From Actinomycetota bacterium (GTDB lineage Bacteria; Actinomycetota; UBA4738; HRBIN12): a DNA stretch of 30,940 nucleotides. The notes under the pieces are model-generated. The model had not been told where the DNA came from. It ran no database searches and saw only the letters and a program-made list of their open reading frames with translations. The translations under genes and the position numbers were made by a program. Shown one piece after another: positions 28,037 to 30,940 of the stretch. Location: NCBI GenBank assembly GCA_035643355.1, contig DASQQQ010000019.1, positions 1-30,940 of the forward strand, written 5' to 3'. The stretch's first letter is position 1; every line of letters starts with the position of its first letter.

Positions 28037-28597
28037 ATGTTGCACATGCTCGTACTGGTCGCCAAGGAGCAGCCCAATCCGATCATCCCCGACATCGCCG
28101 AGCTGATCTATGGCTCGGTGGCCTTCATCATCGTGTTCGCGCTTCTCGCGAAGTTCGCGTTCCCCGCCCTCAACACGATGCTGCAGGAGCGCACGTCCAA
28201 GATCCAGGGCGACCTGGAGAAGGCGGAGCAGGCCCGCACCCAGGCGGAGTCCGAGCTGGCCGAGTACCGTCGGCAGTTGGCCGATGCACGGGAGGAGGCG
28301 AACCGGATCATCGCCGAGGCGCACCGCACGGCCGACCAGCTCCGCCGCGATATGCAGGGCAAGGCCGAGCAGGAGGCCTCCATGACCATCGAGCGCGCGC
28401 AGGAGGAGATCAGGGCCGAGCGCGACCGGGCCCTCCAGGACCTCCGGGCGCAGGTTGGCGCGATCGCCGTGGACCTGGCCGGCAGGGTGGTCGAGGAGTC
28501 CCTGGACCAGGCGGCCCACCAGCGGCTGATCGACGAGTACATCGAGCAGGTTGCCGCTTCGAACGGCGGCAACGGGAAGGGCGCGGGTGGGCGCTGA
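28037..28597 (+). CDS. atpF: F0 subunit b
   Basis: Single N-terminal TM (KFAFP), ER..KI..DL..AE, coiled coil and LIDEYI. Confidence 0.94.
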   Translation: MLHMLVLVAKEQPNPIIPDIAELIYGSVAFIIVFALLAKFAFPALNTMLQERTSKIQGDLEKAEQARTQAESELAEYRRQLADAREEANRIIAEAHRTADQLRRDMQGKAEQEASMTIERAQEEIRAERDRALQDLRAQVGAIAVDLAGRVVEESLDQAAHQRLIDEYIEQVAASNGGNGKGAGGR

Positions 28598-29132
28598 GAG
28601 GTCCTCGCTGATCCAGGAATACGCGCGGGCGCTGCTCACCATCGCCAGTGCCGAGGGCGAGCTCGGGCTGGTCGAGGACCAGCTGTACGCCCTGAGCAAG
28701 GCGATCGATGCGGAGCCCGGACTCCGTGATGCGCTGGCCGACCCGGACCTTCCGGCCGAGAACAAGAAGGCGCTCCTTCGGGACATCATGGGCGAGGCGG
28801 CCAACCCGGTAGCCGTGAACGCGCTGGCGTTCCTGGTCGAACAGGGCCGGGGGCGCGATGTGGGGGAGATCGCCGAGGCGTTCGCCCGCGCTGCCGCCGA
28901 GAGCCGACAGCACGTCCTGGCCGAGGTGCGCTCGGCCGTCCCCATGGACGAACCCCAGCGCAAGCGTCTGGGCCAAGCGCTCTCCCGGGCCACCGGGAAG
29001 ACGGTCGAGGTCAAGGTCGTGGTGGACCCCACGGTGGTGGGGGGGATCGTGGCGAGGGTGGGGGACGAGGTCTTCGACGGCACGGTCCGCAATCGCCTGC
29101 AAGAGGCTCGTCGGCAGCTGGCCGGGGCCTGA
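28587..29132 (+). CDS. atpH: F1 subunit delta (stand-alone, about 181 aa)
   Basis: Motifs YARALL, V.SAVP, VDPTVVGGIVARVGD and DGTVRNRL. GTG start at 28587. Confidence 0.92.
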   Translation: MGAERSSLIQEYARALLTIASAEGELGLVEDQLYALSKAIDAEPGLRDALADPDLPAENKKALLRDIMGEAANPVAVNALAFLVEQGRGRDVGEIAEAFARAAAESRQHVLAEVRSAVPMDEPQRKRLGQALSRATGKTVEVKVVVDPTVVGGIVARVGDEVFDGTVRNRLQEARRQLAGA

Positions 29133-29159
29133 GCGTGATGACGAGGAGCATGTGAGCCG

Positions 29160-30857
<1,698 letters not shown>

Positions 30858-30860
30858 CCC

Positions 30861-30940
30861 ATGGGCGCGAAGCTCCGCATCGTTCGTCGACAGATCCGCT
30901 CGGTCCAGTCGACCATGAAGATCACCCGCGCCATGGAGCT
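30861..30940 (+). CDS. atpG: F1 subunit gamma, N-terminus (3' truncated by window edge)
   Basis: Translates as MGAKLRIVRRQIRSVQSTMKITRAMEL, the canonical gamma N-terminal helix, directly after atpA. Confidence 0.95.
   Translation, partial: MGAKLRIVRRQIRSVQSTMKITRAME

Overview
GC-rich bacterial chromosomal segment, most likely from a deep-branching member of the Actinomycetota. This is inferred from the argS-lysA-hom-thrC-thrB gene order, the actinobacterial insertion in AtpA, a Glu-type RpiB and a MarP homologue. The backbone is a housekeeping supercluster: argS(3' part)-lysA-hom-thrC-thrB, then tal-rho-rpmE-DUF1385-divIVA-like-prfA-prmC-tsaC-ptp-rpiB-glyA-wecA, then atpZ-atpI-atpBEFHA-atpG(5' part). 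Accessory modules sit inside it: a marP plus L,D-transpeptidase pair on the minus strand, a potABCD-like polyamine ABC transporter, and a complete archaeal-type cyclic 2,3-diphosphoglycerate (cDPG) pathway (cpgS + pgk2). The cDPG genes are preceded by a metallophosphoesterase, a candidate cDPG hydrolase, and run directly into tal and rho. Other notable signals are a near-consensus sigma70/SigA promoter built from rare codons inside cpgS, a LysA-GNAT acetyltransferase fusion, a Rex/CRP-like palindrome upstream of the atp operon and a 54-aa C-terminal extension of ATP synthase alpha. I found no tRNA, rRNA, CRISPR array or mobile element. All family assignments come from motif recognition by eye; no database searches were run.
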